Source: Dicyema japonicum (Eukaryota > Animalia > Dicyemida). From it: a stretch of 64,000 nt of DNA. The notes under the pieces were generated by a model. That model made no database searches and was not told the origin of the DNA. It saw only the letters and a program-made list of their open reading frames with translations. Positions 1 to 12,449 of this stretch are shown here, piece by piece. The stretch is from the NCBI GenBank assembly GCA_011109175.1, contig RDEW01000003.1, positions 1,759,494 to 1,823,493 of the forward strand, in the 5' to 3' direction. Position 1 is the first letter of the stretch, and every line of letters begins with the position of its first letter. Made by a program: the position numbers and the translations under genes.

Positions 1-445
1 TGTATATTCCGCCTCCGGGCTCATGTCCGAAACATTACACTATGCCAGATGTATCAGCACTGGAGATTTGGAACGTGATATGCGGCGATTTGAATGCTAA
101 ACACCCTCTCTGGCTCTTAAATAAGTCTGCAGATACAATAGAAATTTGCTGTTGATGCAGTCTGGCAATCTGACAATCATCAATGACCCATCAAAAAAAC
201 ACAAGAACACCTAAAAGGAACTCTGTGCAGGCAGTGCAACTCTCAACAATACACAGCCACGACGTGTCTTATAAGAAGGGTATACATCACCCTCTCTAAT
301 TTTTATTCCCGAAACCATCACAGAGAAGTTGTGTTAAATCCCAGAAAGCGCACGAGGAGAAAATGAGAATTCTGATTGAGGCCTTGGAGATCACTTAATT
401 AATTTAGTAATTAAATTAACTATTGGTGTTCTTGGGTTAATAATA
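1..445 (+). mobile_element. Internally deleted Ingi/Vingi-like LINE (APE fragment joined to 3' end)
   Basis: 1-230 nearly duplicates the APE region at 39641-39870 (YIPPPGSCP...ICGDLNAKHPLW). 330-445 encodes ...MRILIEALEIT* followed by the family 3' UTR (ttggtgttcttgggtta) and an A-rich tail. Confidence 0.7.
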
Positions 446-791
446 ATAGTAAATGTTTCATAGATTTTCCGACATTATTGTTTCAGGTTGTTATAATACC
501 ATATTTTGCATGAATAATTAAGGCCAGACATCCATTGGATTTGAAAAAAATTGGTATTATTACTAAATAAAATAATTAGAGTGAGGAAAATGTTATAAAA
601 TGCAAAAAATCGTTGGGGTTCCACGTACGGACAGTGACAAACATTTATCCTCTTTTCTTTCCTAAATAAATTTATTAATAAAAAATAACCCTTCCCCGAA
701 AATTGCATTTATGGCAAAAATTGCCCTAATTATGATTGTTAGTGCTAAGCTTACCAAATACGTATGCCTGAGGTTAATAAATAAATAAGTA

Positions 792-1396
792 CAGTAAAGT
801 CTCTAGAATTCGTTGATAAAAAAAAATTTGGCTATCCATCCATGATTTTTTTGAATTAGAATATGTGACAAGCCACCAATTTTTTCCTCTGAAATCAGTG
901 ATCCCTCGTTTCGATGCAAATGTTTTGGCTTTCTCTAATTTCATCTTTCAAAGTGGCTCCTTTAACATCCATTGAATTAACCCATGAAATCTTATAATAA
1001 TAGATTTCACTAAACTTTAAATATTATTTGCGAGAAATGTCAGATCGTAAGTTATTCAACATATTTTAAAATCCTCGTTTACTTCTAATATCACCAATAG
1101 ATCTACGAGAATTAGGTGCATTATATTTTTTGGAAAAAAATTTTCCGAAATTTTTATCGAAGGTAATTCAATACTCGATTCAATAAACTTTAAAATGGCA
1201 ATTTTTGTTTGTTTTTTAATTGTGTACAGCTACGTTTCATAAAAACAACAATAAACAATGACAACGTTTTAATTAATTATTTACCTATAAAATTATTTAA
1301 AATTAAGAGACATGCGGATTCGAGAAATTTTGTTAGAAAAAATGGCGGATTAGAGAATCTATTAGTTATAATTGGCGGATTCCAGAGACTTTACTG
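792..1396 (-). mobile_element. Non-autonomous pogo/Tigger-like DNA transposon
   Basis: Terminal inverted repeats CAGTAAAGTCTCT(A/G)GAAT at 792 and ending at 1396, each flanked by TA. Degenerate CENP-B-like transposase sequence lies inside on the minus strand. Confidence 0.75.
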
Positions 1397-1879
1397 TACT
1401 CTCTTTCCATTTATCTCATGGACTGATTCCAAGAAGATCACTTAAATAGTTCTGGGTTTTTAACAGTGATCTTGGATAAATAAGTCAAATCGCGGATTTA
1501 CAAATCTGAACGGCTCAGTACTAACAGTTTCGGACATAATTTGGATGCTTCCACTTCCACTGGTGACCATTCCGATTGAAGGTTCCATTTTCACTGTCTT
1601 TTGGCCTGACGAACGACACCATTATCAGTGATATGTTATTTTAAAGGTTTATTGTCTACAGGGGTTCGCACACAACTAAGAAGAAAAGAAGTTAATAAAA
1701 TTCCTGATGCCTTGGCTTCCTTCCTACGATTAATTAGCTCAACTATTGTTTCCTTTTTAAAAATAGCGTGTCTTTTCCCTATATGGAGGTAGGTTTACGT
1801 AGTAAAAATATTACTACTCTACGAAAGAGGTATCAAATCGTGTTTTGGATTAACTAACAATATATTTAATTACCATTTA

Positions 1880-2240
1880 TTAAGCTCCAATTGTTAATCG
1901 GCATAATTTATGCGCGGTAGTTATCGAGGTTCTTAATGAACGACTTCTTATAAAAGGAAAGATAGAGTCTTATACCAGCAACCACACATAACTGAACAGA
2001 TCGAAAGACTCTTGGTATTTCCTTTAGTCTTCACCTTTTATGCGGTGGATAGTACTTTAAATGAAGTCCCAATTATGTTAGAAGATAAGGAGACGATACA
2101 TATGGAGTCTCATACTAGTACCTTTCTTTCCTCGAATGGAAAAGTTGTAATTCCATCCTGTCGTTTTCCATCTCCCCAAGGTCAGCGGGTCCTACCATGG
2201 AGGGGTTAACAGACTCCAATGCACGTTTTACGTCGCCATT
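1880..2240 (-). mobile_element. CRE-like retrotransposon 3' fragment (RLE endonuclease)
   Basis: Minus strand reads GDGKRQDGITTFPFEERKVLV*DSICIVS, homologous to [29 protein letters not shown] in the copy at 44560-47659. Confidence 0.7.
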
Positions 2241-2799
2241 TAGTAAATCAAAAATATAATTATAAATTTCAAAAATACACAACCCGAAACAATACTATGA
2301 AAATCATTATATCCTCATAACTATCTTTAAACAAAACATGACATGCCTCCCCCATTTTTCGTTCTATAACAATAAAAACAGTAAATTTAGTGGTTTGTTT
2401 TTATGCAATCTAGAAATTTTAATAAAAAGGTTAAGATTGAAAACAATTAAAAGTCACAGGGAGAACATCATTGCAAGAAGACGAGTCCACCCAGAACCGC
2501 AGTCAAAAGGACCCATCTAATGAATGATCCATTAAAGGGAAAAACTAAATGATTCTTGAAGGTGGAACAGAAGAAACTGAGAACAGCACAAAGAGTCTTC
2601 AACCAAGCAGCCAATTGGCGGAATCGAACCCAAAGAGGGCATGGCATACAAATAAGCTAATTTAGCAAAATTGTGGTTAAATCTTCAAATTATCAAATTT
2701 GCGGTTAAAATTTGACCATTTTCTTATAATTGATATTGTAAACTATTAAGAAAACTTATACTCCATGAAACTCAGTGACTTTTACAGCTGATCTGCCAT

Positions 2800-3035
2800 G
2801 AGAGCCAACACCAAATCCTAAGAGGCCTCAGTTGTTCCAATTTTGTAAGGAGGCGCCCAGTACCTGGCCAGCATCCAAAAATGATCTATCTCTTCCCATT
2901 CCAAAGGAGGGATACAATGGCGGATAAGGATGGACGTAATGCTGAGTCGAAGTGTGTTTCACCAGTTGGAAATAGATATACTGAGAGGTCTCCTCCGGTA
3001 AATCGGGGGCTATTAAATTGTAAAAAATTATTAAA
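2800..3035 (+). mobile_element. Degenerate short non-autonomous Vingi-like element
   Basis: gcgcccagtacctggccagcatccaaaaatgatctatctcttcccattccaaaggagggat resembles 14575-14640. The element ends ccggtaaatcgggggctatta plus an A-rich tail. Confidence 0.5.
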
Positions 3036-3073
3036 TAAAAATCAAACCAAGAAACAAAAAATCAAATTTAAAT

Positions 3074-4425
3074 CTAATTTTCTAAAAAAATAGTCTTTGG
3101 GACTTCCCAAAGGTAATCATCATGTCCAAAGTGCCCATAACACGCCGTCTTCTTAAAAATTGGTTTCCTTAGTTGTAACTCCCTATTTGACTTGAATTAT
3201 ATTAAAATACCTAATAACTGCCCCTGGTCTCAAGTCAAAGTTCTGTTGATTATCTCAACCAATTTAGACTCAGAGACGTGAGAAGAACCATAAGTAAAAA
3301 CTGAGAGAGACGTCGGTTCAGCCACTCCAATAGCATAGGAGATCTATCATTAGAACTTTAAAAAACTTGAACAAGTACTCTCTTACAAAGACCAGCTTTA
3401 ACCAGAGATTTAGCAACCCACCGAGCGGCATAAGCACCAGATCGATCAACTTTTGAAGAATCTTTCCCTGACATTGCACCACCTCCATGTGATCCCCATC
3501 CGCCATAAGCATCCACTATTATTTTACGTCCAGTCAAGCCAGCATCTGCCTACAAAGTTACACTACCATCAAACTTGAGGTCCACCAACAATAAAAGACC
3601 CAGAAGGTTGTAAATACATAACAAGCTTATCAGTGATGTATTTCCCAGGGATAACAGACAATACTATATCACGAAGGTGAGATCTAATAAAGTCTAGCTC
3701 TACATCAGGACTATGCTGGACAGAGAGGACAACACTATGAACCCAAAGAGGCACGACTCCCCCATCTTTGCACTCATATTCAATCGTAACCTTAAAAATA
3801 AAATTATTACAAACCTGACTCTTACAATCAGGCCTAATCCAGTTGTGCTTCCCAGATCGTCTTCTATCGGCAACTTCCTTGACAATAGCATGTGCCAGGT
3901 TGCATGTTAAGGGCATGCAATTTTCAGTTTCATCAGTAGCATACCCGAACATTAACCCCTACACATTTTATCAAAAAACACCTGATCACCGGCGCCTATT
4001 TGTTCAAGCATCTCGTCAGGTGACTCTTCGTGAAAAACTCCCTTATGAATCTCAGGACTCTGATCCTCTATAGCAAGTTGAACATTGCAGGTGTCGTATG
4101 TTAAACCTGTGTCTGGAGAGTCATAACCAATTTCCTTCAATGTCTCTCGGATGACTTTAAAGTAATTAATCTTAGCTGATGAGGTGACCTCTCCAAATAC
4201 CATAACCATTCCAGTCTTAGCAATACATTCTAAATTTACATAAGAATTTAAGAACCGCAAGCGACCTGAGAATTTGGATCTACAGAAAGAAAAGCATCAA
4301 GAATAGAATCGCTAATTATGTCACAAAGTTTATCTATTAAAATATTAAATAATACCAGGGTGTCCTTCACCAACTGATTCGGATGTGAAAAGAAAACGAG
4401 TTCCATTAGGGCTAGTTGAATCCAT
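3074..4425 (-). CDS. MAT: S-adenosylmethionine synthetase (methionine adenosyltransferase), 8 exons
   Basis: Motifs [62 protein letters not shown] and TACYGHFG are present. Introns: 4334-4355 (22 nt), 4230-4255 (26), 3959-3981 (23), 3791-3814 (24), 3550-3574 (25), 3344-3366 (23), 3183-3210 (28). One base is missing near 3240 (INR-NFDLRP), probably a sequence error. Confidence 0.97.
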
Positions 4426-4526
4426 TTGTAATTTAAAACACGTTTAATGTTAGCACGTTAAAAAAAAATTTATTAAATAATTTGAATTTTTTAAATTTAT
4501 TAAATCACAACAATGAAATATTTTTT

Positions 4527-5552
4527 TTTTCTACTAATATTCGTCCGAATGTGAAATTATGGCTGGCCAACTTTTTGTCTGGAAGACGTGGAAGAGTAGT
4601 CAGTGGTGATCTCAGATCTAGATCACGATTACTACCGAACGGGGTACCCCAGGGGTCTCCACTTTCACCAATTCTATTCAACCTTTTTATTACACGACCT
4701 ACCTAATGATGGAGACGAAGATTCCCTGTTATTATCCTACGCAGACGACGTAGTCATTGCAATACGGAACCGCTCGACTCAAGTCGCATCCCTTAAAACT
4801 CAGACAAAATTGAACATTCTCCACGATTGGATTGCTGGCAATCGACTAACGATTTCTGCAACCAAGTCTATCTGTTCCACATTCACGTCGGACCGTCGTT
4901 CCAAGGATGAACCGAGTCTTTTCATTGGTCCCACTAGGATTCCAGTGACAAAGTCCCCCATTGTCCTTGGAGTCAAGTACGACACCCTTCTCAAATTCAA
5001 CTCCCACGCAACAGACATGATCACCAGGGGCCTCCAGAAAGTTAACGTTATACGCGCCCTTGTTCGGAGGACCACGAGGAACATGGACTTTTCCGTCTCT
5101 ACACTCTACCAACAAACAATCGCGCCTGCCATTGAGTATGCCTCCGTTGCATGGAGATTCGGGCTATCGGAGTCTTTGGTCCAAAGAATCAACTCGATAT
5201 ACCGGAAAACAATCAGTATGCTTTCCCCACGTAATGGATCAACAGTCGACCCACTACTCATGGAAGCTAAGATCCGTAGTCGTGGCTCCGGATTTCTTCG
5301 CCTCTGTGAGGAAGATGGAAATCCGCTTCGCCTAATCCTTCCCATGGCAAGAGAAAACCGATTGGATAAGAAATTCCCTCCCCGATCGGATTCCTCTGCA
5401 AGACCGAGAGAAGGCTCTTCCGGAAAGTAGTGGGGACGATGGAGGATCACAGACGTCGAATGGCACAAGTGATTGCGAGGACTGGGATCACCTAACTGTC
5501 TGACTCTTTTGTCTTTCTTTCTCGGTGTTCCCGGGGTTATTAAATAAAAAAA
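4527..5552 (+). mobile_element. 5'-truncated young Ingi/Vingi-like LINE copy (RT C-half to 3' UTR)
   Basis: Nearly identical to 21705-22740. Carries GVPQGSPLSP and SYADD motifs, the family 3' UTR and an A-rich tail. Confidence 0.92.
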
Positions 5553-6959
5553 TATTTAAATGTTAAATTTTTTAATTCTCTTTTGGTACATCTCTCACCG
5601 CCACAAAAGAATGTATAAAGATCTTGTATAAACAATTTATTTGGACGATATTCAATTATGCCTCCAAAAGTTGACCCTAAAAATCTAATTTTTACTTGAA
5701 TTTAGTAACTGTGGCGCATCTGTAAGGTCCTCACTAATCTTCGGAAAAAATCACCTCCGCCAAAAAACCGAACCTGGACCGAAGAATACACGACTTATTG
5801 TCTACACGTATCACATGGACCCTGAGATTAACGCTTCTGAACTGCTGCTCTTGAGGGCTGCATGTCAGCGACGTTGACATCATCAACCTCTCGGTGAAAA
5901 AAGTTCTGGATTATATTTTTTGTCCTGGACCACCAGGGCCGACATAAAAGTGGAGGATCTCTTGGAGCAACTTGCATTGATATAAGTTTATCTATACTCT
6001 GTCTATGTTACCTGGATTGTGAAAAAATTGAGTTTTTAAATTTTTTAAGTTTCTAATGTTTCTTTTAATTAAAGAAGTTGTCGGTATTTGGCAGAAACTT
6101 CTTGATAGATCTAATGAAAACAATGATTCAAGACAAAATGGCCAATTTATGGAACTGAGCCATAGTCGACCGTCGTATATAAAACTTTTGGCTCTGTAAT
6201 AGGTGAAGATAGATACTGACGAAGAGTTGTTTATTATTTGTTAACCACATCTTTGGTAAGCCCAGTCGTAGGGTAATTAATCCAAGGAGGGAACGCAAGG
6301 GAGAACGTCTGCTTGTGACGACCAAATTGAAATTACCAGGGATGAATTTACCGGTTACCTATTGGAGATGATGCATAACCATGTCTGATTCTTATTGCGA
6401 TACCCGAAACATACACCAGTTGTTGTAGGAAACGCTAAACGTTTCGCCAATTATGTGACGATTCACCAAAGCATCCTTTGGGATCGGAAGTTAGATCATA
6501 TCTGAAATTCTCCCTAAGATCACTTGATTAGACGACTCTTGTCTTTTCTCTTGTAATTCTACAAGTTAATTAATTAAATTACAAGAGAATATACAAGAGG
6601 ATATTGAAGGAACCATAATGCTAGAGATATATCTAAGGCCTGGTCGAGGAATGACCCATAAAAATATGATGTTTCTATTGACTGTATAGATTGCGTGTAG
6701 TTTTAACGGTAACCAAGGAAAGCATCAATTCAGTGATTCGAACCATTGTGACCTCTGATAATTTGTTCCAAGACATTCGATTACTTATGCGATAATATTG
6801 TCCTCAACTACTGAGGATCAAAGCCACTGAGTTACCTCAGTATTGAAGTCACATGGGATAGACTTGGATGTGTTCCATTAGGAAATAGAAAATTATCCTG
6901 GAAGGATTTAAGTTTTGAAGTATTTATGTACAAAAAATTATGAATCTGTCAGAAATACG

Positions 6960-7325
6960 ACATTGACATTCGCAAGTGAGTCGTGGTCAATGGCCATTTC
7001 CCGCTCTTCTCTACTGAAAATTTCTGCAATACAGGTAGTTGTTGCCCCAACTTTGTGTCCACCCTTCTGGAAATAGTTTTGATTGGACGACAACGGAAGT
7101 TGGTGAGGGCAATTACTCTGCCTAACAACCTCCTCCACGAAGCCATAACCAAATACTTCAAAAACCACCCAAGATACGAGACAACTACATTTCCGCTCTA
7201 GAGAGATATCCATGATTCTCATTCACTTTGGATAGGACCTCCCACATGTCGGTCTGTAGTCACTTAGTTAGTTAGGAACATTCTTTTTCCTTTTACCAGG
7301 GTGATCCTGGGTAATCAAAATCTTA
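6960..7325 (+). mobile_element. Degenerate Ingi/Vingi-like LINE 3' end
   Basis: Ends agtcacttag-ttagttagg followed by the hairpin CCAGG-GTGAT-CCTGG (7296-7310), as in other family 3' ends. Confidence 0.5.
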
Positions 7326-7949
7326 CCTCAACCATATGATTAAAAGCATATAGTGAGGTTGCGACGTTCCTCGTAGCTCTAAGAACATGAATAGAAGCAA
7401 TGTGATCATTATGTGAGTTGGTGACATTCCCCATTCTCTGATTAACCAAAAATGGAAGAAAATGTCTTTAAAACAGAAAATAAAGAGGATGCTGACATCT
7501 AAATTGTTTTTTTAGCCGCACATGAATGATAGGAAAAAAAAGAAATTTGGTTCCAATAATCTCGAGGTTTCAGCTGTAGCAAACTTGAAGACGAACTATC
7601 CTTCGAAAATATTTAAGGTTAGAAAATTAGAAACCATCAACACAAGTGACGTCCCAGGTCAGGTGTTTCCCACCCTTTCAGAAGAAAAAGATCGTCTTCT
7701 CTAGTTGACTACATGTGATGAGGATTCATTTGAAAATGGTGGATACCACCTATAAAAATAAGAGGGTACTTAGTGAGAAATCTCAATAGTAAAATTGTAT
7801 ATAACTAGGAAGTTGGTTGAATTTATGACTTTAATTTCTTAAAAAAGAAATTTATAAGCAAATTTAATTCCTAAAATAAACATTTCCTTAAAAGTAAATA
7901 ATACGCAAATTTTTAACATTTTATAACAGAAAATCGTGTTTTCGGTACA

Positions 7950-8753
7950 ATGTTGGTTAATTTTGGAAGAATTCTTAAGATTTTCAGCCTCATAAGCAAT
8001 CTGGTAGTCAACTATAACTGAGTGCTAGATTTGTGGATTTGCGTTCATTTTTGTGACGTATAAATCTTCAACAAACCGTCACTTCACAGCAGATTTGATT
8101 GACGACAGTTTCCATAAATATGCGATGGGGATCACACTAACATGTGGATTCCTTTCAATCATTACTTGCTTCTTTGGAGTTCTAACAATGGTTCTCAAAG
8201 ATATTAGAGTCAAATGCATAGTAAGCCATTAATATTATCATAAGTATGCTGGTTTGACCGTTGTGACTCTTTTGGTCTGTTTGTATGCTGCCGGGTATCT
8301 CTTCAATGCCTTCTCTTATGTTTGCACTTATGGTTACTTTAGTCAACCCTGGTCTCGGAGATCTTTATAAGGAACGCCATCCAAAACTACAACGGAGAGT
8401 CCTTAAATTTTGATGTTTTCCAGCAAATAGTTAATTTTGAAAATATTTATTTCCAGAATGAGTGTTGCGGATTTTCTGGAGTTCACGACTATCCGGAAAT
8501 AATTCCCAAGTCATGTTGCGCTATTCCACCATGCACAATTGAAAATTCCTTCAGAATTGTGAAAATTTGTATATAAAATAGGGCTGTGGATGGATTTTTA
8601 ATCAGCATATATTGTTCATCACAAAAATCATTGTTACTTTTGTTTCGTTGATTTTCTTTATTTCGGTAACATCTTTGAATATAATTTTAGACATTTTCAT
8701 TCATGCATCTTGTCTACACGATTCACTTGCAGAGGAAGTCCCACCTCGATTAG
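7950..8753 (+). CDS. Tetraspanin, 7 exons
   Basis: Removing six phase-0 introns (25, 24, 23, 27, 23, 25 nt) gives an uninterrupted ORF with four hydrophobic segments. The large loop contains NECCG, IPKSCC and a terminal GC, the canonical tetraspanin cysteine pattern. Confidence 0.92.
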
Positions 8754-9049
8754 CTCTCAGTTAATTCCTTAGTTTGTTCTTAAATAGTCATCTTTTATTT
8801 TTTGTTTTATAAATTAAGGAAAGATTTCTTTAAAAAATAATTAATTAGAAATTTGAAAGATTTATAAGGTTTCCGATCATTAACATCACTTTTCACATCA
8901 ACAAGGTCACTAATTTTCAGCTCATTTCGTTCCCTGGCGACGAATTCTATAATCGATCTCAGCTCCCTGAAGAAATTAATTAGTTTAGTTTTAACCCCGG
9001 TCTTTGGAACAATTTTATTTATTTAAAACAACTAATTAAAGGAATTCAA

Positions 9050-9800
9050 GTTGCTTCTCTCATGATTGAAAACGCATTCCCCCATACTATTTGCAAGGAT
9101 TACGGTCAATGAGTCAGCTCTTCTCTTTTATCACATTTCTTCAACGCAATAAGTTCCGATAGATTTCAAGAAAATCAAGGAACATGATTCGATCACTCCC
9201 GATGTCTCTACCACGAAGGGTTTGAAAGCGAAATAACCTATCTGGCTTTCGTACTTCTATCTTTTAAGGTTTTCGGCCCTCTCTGAGGCAGATTCGCGGT
9301 GAGTTGCCGTCAGTTGGAGGGGAAAATTTTCCATATAAGTAGGGTCCGTTCCAAGCAAGATATTTCCCTCTATCCCATGGAAAAAATGGTCCCGTAAGGC
9401 CTCATATTTGCTATGTCCAATCATATGGGTTCTAACAGTATAGGGAATCCAAGGATGTCCAGTGCACCTTCAATGGCTTCATTGATGCCTCTGTCTTGAA
9501 CTCTTTTACGTGTTTCTCCTGCACGAGTGGGTGCAAAGGCCCCTAACGTCGACATCATGCCATATCTGAACGGTGGGCCATACAAACATCTAGACCGAAA
9601 CGGACAAACACTCATTTTTTTAGAATCATATTCAATGACAGTCAAGAGGGAGGCACACGGAAGGGCTCTCACCCAAGCACCGCTTTCTCCTGCGGATGTT
9701 GAGCCTAGGCATGCGAGACAATGCTGATCTTCGCTTATTTTGTTTCGATAATATATTTGATAGTCCCTTTGTTTCATAGGATGCTTCGACAATTTAAGTT
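9050..9800 (-). mobile_element. CRE-like retrotransposon 3' fragment
   Basis: ACLGSTSAGESGAWVRALPCASL matches ACLVSAANHGSGAWLDALPSSSL of the full copy. A degenerate RLE C-terminus follows. Confidence 0.7.
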
Positions 9801-9907
9801 TTGAGAGTCCAAGTTTCTTGATTTAAGCACTCTAACGGTCCAACCCGTGATCCGTTTTATCAAAATGAAAGCTATTTTGATTCACCTTACAACATGTGAC
9901 TAATTAG

Positions 9908-11140
9908 TAGGGCAAGTTGTTTCTAGCACTTAAAAAAATTTTTTTAGAGCTAAAAAAAAATCTAGCAATTATAATTAAAAAAGTTAGCAATTAAAATGAT
10001 AAAATCTAGCATTTAAATTTGTCAAATCTATAACTTAAAATAATAAAATATAACATTTAAATTTTATTTATTGTAATATAATAAAAGTTAATGCCTGATA
10101 TTGTCTGGATGGAAGTTCCTATCTTTTTTTAAATATTTTTTAGCATTTTAATAGCTCTTTCAACAGATGCATAGGATGCCTGACAGCGTGAAAGAGAAAA
10201 ATAATATTGTTGGCTAATTTTTGGTTTAGTCATTTCAATAATAAGTTTAAATCCATTTTCCTCCATTCTTTTATTTATATAATTTTTGATATTTGCCTTG
10301 TCATTATCAAAATGTAGTCCTTGTATAATAGTAATCTTCCATCATTTGATTGCAAGGAATCACTTCGTCCATTCTCAGAACATGTCCGATAAGTAGCCAG
10401 CGTGAGGTAATTACTTCTCTGCTTATCGGTTTGCATTTACATAATTTGTAGAGAGTGTCTTTTTTGATAATCTGTGGCCATTTAATTCCCGCAATTTTTA
10501 TCAATTGATTTCTATGAAATGTGTCTAGTCAGTCACGGTCCGTTTTTGATGTTCCCCATGTTCCCGAGTTATATAATAGGACTGGTTGTATGAACGCGCT
10601 ATATAAGCACATCCGAAGATTTAAGGAGATAAGTTTTCTGCGAGTCCAAATGCTCCACATCTTTTCGAAAAACATGTTGTAATCGACAATGTTTTTCGCA
10701 AAGTGGTCAAAGCACGATCGCTTGAAATTTTCAATTGGACCTCCAGTTTGCCAGGTTTTTGTAAAGGAAGTAGAACTCCCATCGCGATGTCAATTAAACA
10801 ATGAGTCCTGAATATCTCGTTGAATCTGAAAGTTATCTTTTCTGCTAGCTGGGTTGGTGCGTATTTTAACAACTCCCCACAAATATTGTCATAGCCAGCT
10901 GCTCTGTTGTTATTCAGCCGAAGGAGTTCTCCGCGAATTTCGGAATCCGTAAACACATTATTAACTGCAATTTAAATTAGCAGTTAAACAAAAATTAGCA
11001 TTTAAAATTAAAAATAGCACTTATAGCATTTATAATGTATGTTTTTTTTAAACAAAATTAAAAAATAATTATTCCAAATTCAATCGTATATTTAAAAAAG
11101 TATAAAAATAAAAATAGCATTTTAGCACTTAAATTGCCTA
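9908..11140. mobile_element. Non-autonomous hAT-like element with 8-bp TSD
   Basis: Termini TAGGGCAA...TTGCCTA are flanked by identical CTAATTAG at 9900-9907 and 11141-11148. Many TAGCA subterminal repeats are present. Confidence 0.75.
10300..10960 (-). mobile_element. RTE-clade LINE fragments nested in the hAT element
   Basis: LNNNRAAGYDNICGELLK, LLPLQKPGK and RWLLIGHVLRMDE are RTE-type RT and C-terminal motifs. Confidence 0.75.
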
Positions 11141-11819
11141 CTAATTAGCCATACGACTTCCTTGGGAGTTATTCACTCCCTCACCTGACCAGCTTTGAGA
11201 TATTATCAATCGAATCCTTTCCCAACCAGGACCACCAATGGCACTAAGGGACTTGTGGGGGCGCCCAACATTATGGACACTCGATGGCAGTCGGACTCCT
11301 ACATTTTAGTGAGGTCGGAGAAACTAATTAACCTTACAATATTGTTCTAACATGGAACATATCGCTTCGTAAAAGGCCAAGAGTAACTCTCGAGAAAATG
11401 ACCTTAAAAGGAATTGAAATGAGTGAATGACTTAACTTATGTGACATGCTGGACAGGTTACCATCATCTGTCATTAAATCATTTCTCCAGTCATTAGTGA
11501 TGAAATTGATTATAAATCAATGACAATTTTATTATTAATCAATCAATAAGTAAAAGTAATTATTTTATAACGCCCGTCTAACTCAATCTTCTCTTTTTGG
11601 GGACAATCCCTATTGCCTTTATAGGCGTGTTCACGTCCCTGCATACCCCACATTCAGAGACTACCCTGGGTTGACATTCCATGCCGTCTTCCTCATCAAC
11701 AGGCATCGGTACTCCATGCCTCTCCTCAGCTTGCATACTCTCAAAAGTCTTCCATAACACTAGCGTCTGTATATAAGCTATAACCTTTTCCTCCACCTTG
11801 AGAGGTAACCAGAAAATTT

Positions 11820-12199
11820 ATCTAAAACAATTCGTCTAATTAACATTTCGTCTAAATCGTCATGTTTGTCTAATTTACCTTTAAATCATTTTATTCAAGA
11901 TATTTAAAAAAAATAATACTGTGAGCTATTCCTCTAAGATATTCATTTATATTGTCAAATCTAAAATTTTCAACAATTCTTTTTATGCGTGAAGCACTAT
12001 CGCGAAAACACTTTTTTGAGGATTGTACCTCTCTTCCAGCTACAAATTGTTCGAATAATGATTCATTCAAATTTTGTTCTTTTTTCAAACACTCGATAAA
12101 TTTCCATATATTAGGGTGGTGCGATCCAATTAGACAAACATGACGATTTAGACGATTTGTTAACTAGACGAATTGTTTTAGACGAATTAGTCGTGAACC
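11820..12199 (-). mobile_element. Internally deleted MULE-like element
   Basis: About 55-bp inverted repeats; the right end reads GGTTCACGACTAATTCGTCTAAAACAATTCGTCTA on the minus strand and the left copy is terminally truncated. They flank RIKRIVENFRFDNINEYLRGIAH, a MULE transposase C-terminal motif. Confidence 0.6.
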
Positions 12200-12400
12200 A
12201 CAATGCCCCTTTTGCAACCTTCACGTGCTGACAACAAATCACCTATTTCAATGTCATGAATTGGCACAACATTTCTCCACAATGCCGGAACTTACCGATC
12301 TATGGGAGCGATCAACATCTGCTGCGTACTACTTAATAGCTGCTGGCCTCCTACAAGTTAGTGAGTCTGAGGTTACTTAACTAACTAACAAAGACAAGTT
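12200..12400 (+). mobile_element. LINE 3' end with C-terminal Cys/His knuckle
   Basis: Reads CPFCNLHVLTTNHLFQCHELA...EVT*, an I/Ingi-type C-terminal zinc knuckle. Confidence 0.5.
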
Positions 12401-12449
12401 TGGCAACTTTTTCAATTCCCAGCCTATTTCGTACATTTGAATGTAAGAA

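Noticed and set aside
4800-5468. Long antisense ORFs over RT and CRE regions (also 21972-22803, 46045-47374)
   Set aside because: Shadow ORFs on the opposite strand of GC-richer retroelement coding sequence, repeated only because the elements are repeated.
5658-6000. ATG-MPPKVDP start resembling ribosomal protein L12
   Set aside because: The frame closes after 13 codons, no mini-intron restores it, and downstream similarity is not convincing.
6000-6900. Possible GIY-YIG/Penelope element
   Set aside because: No YIG motifs could be read; the remnants look like a decayed minus-strand APE/RT LINE and were too degraded to annotate.
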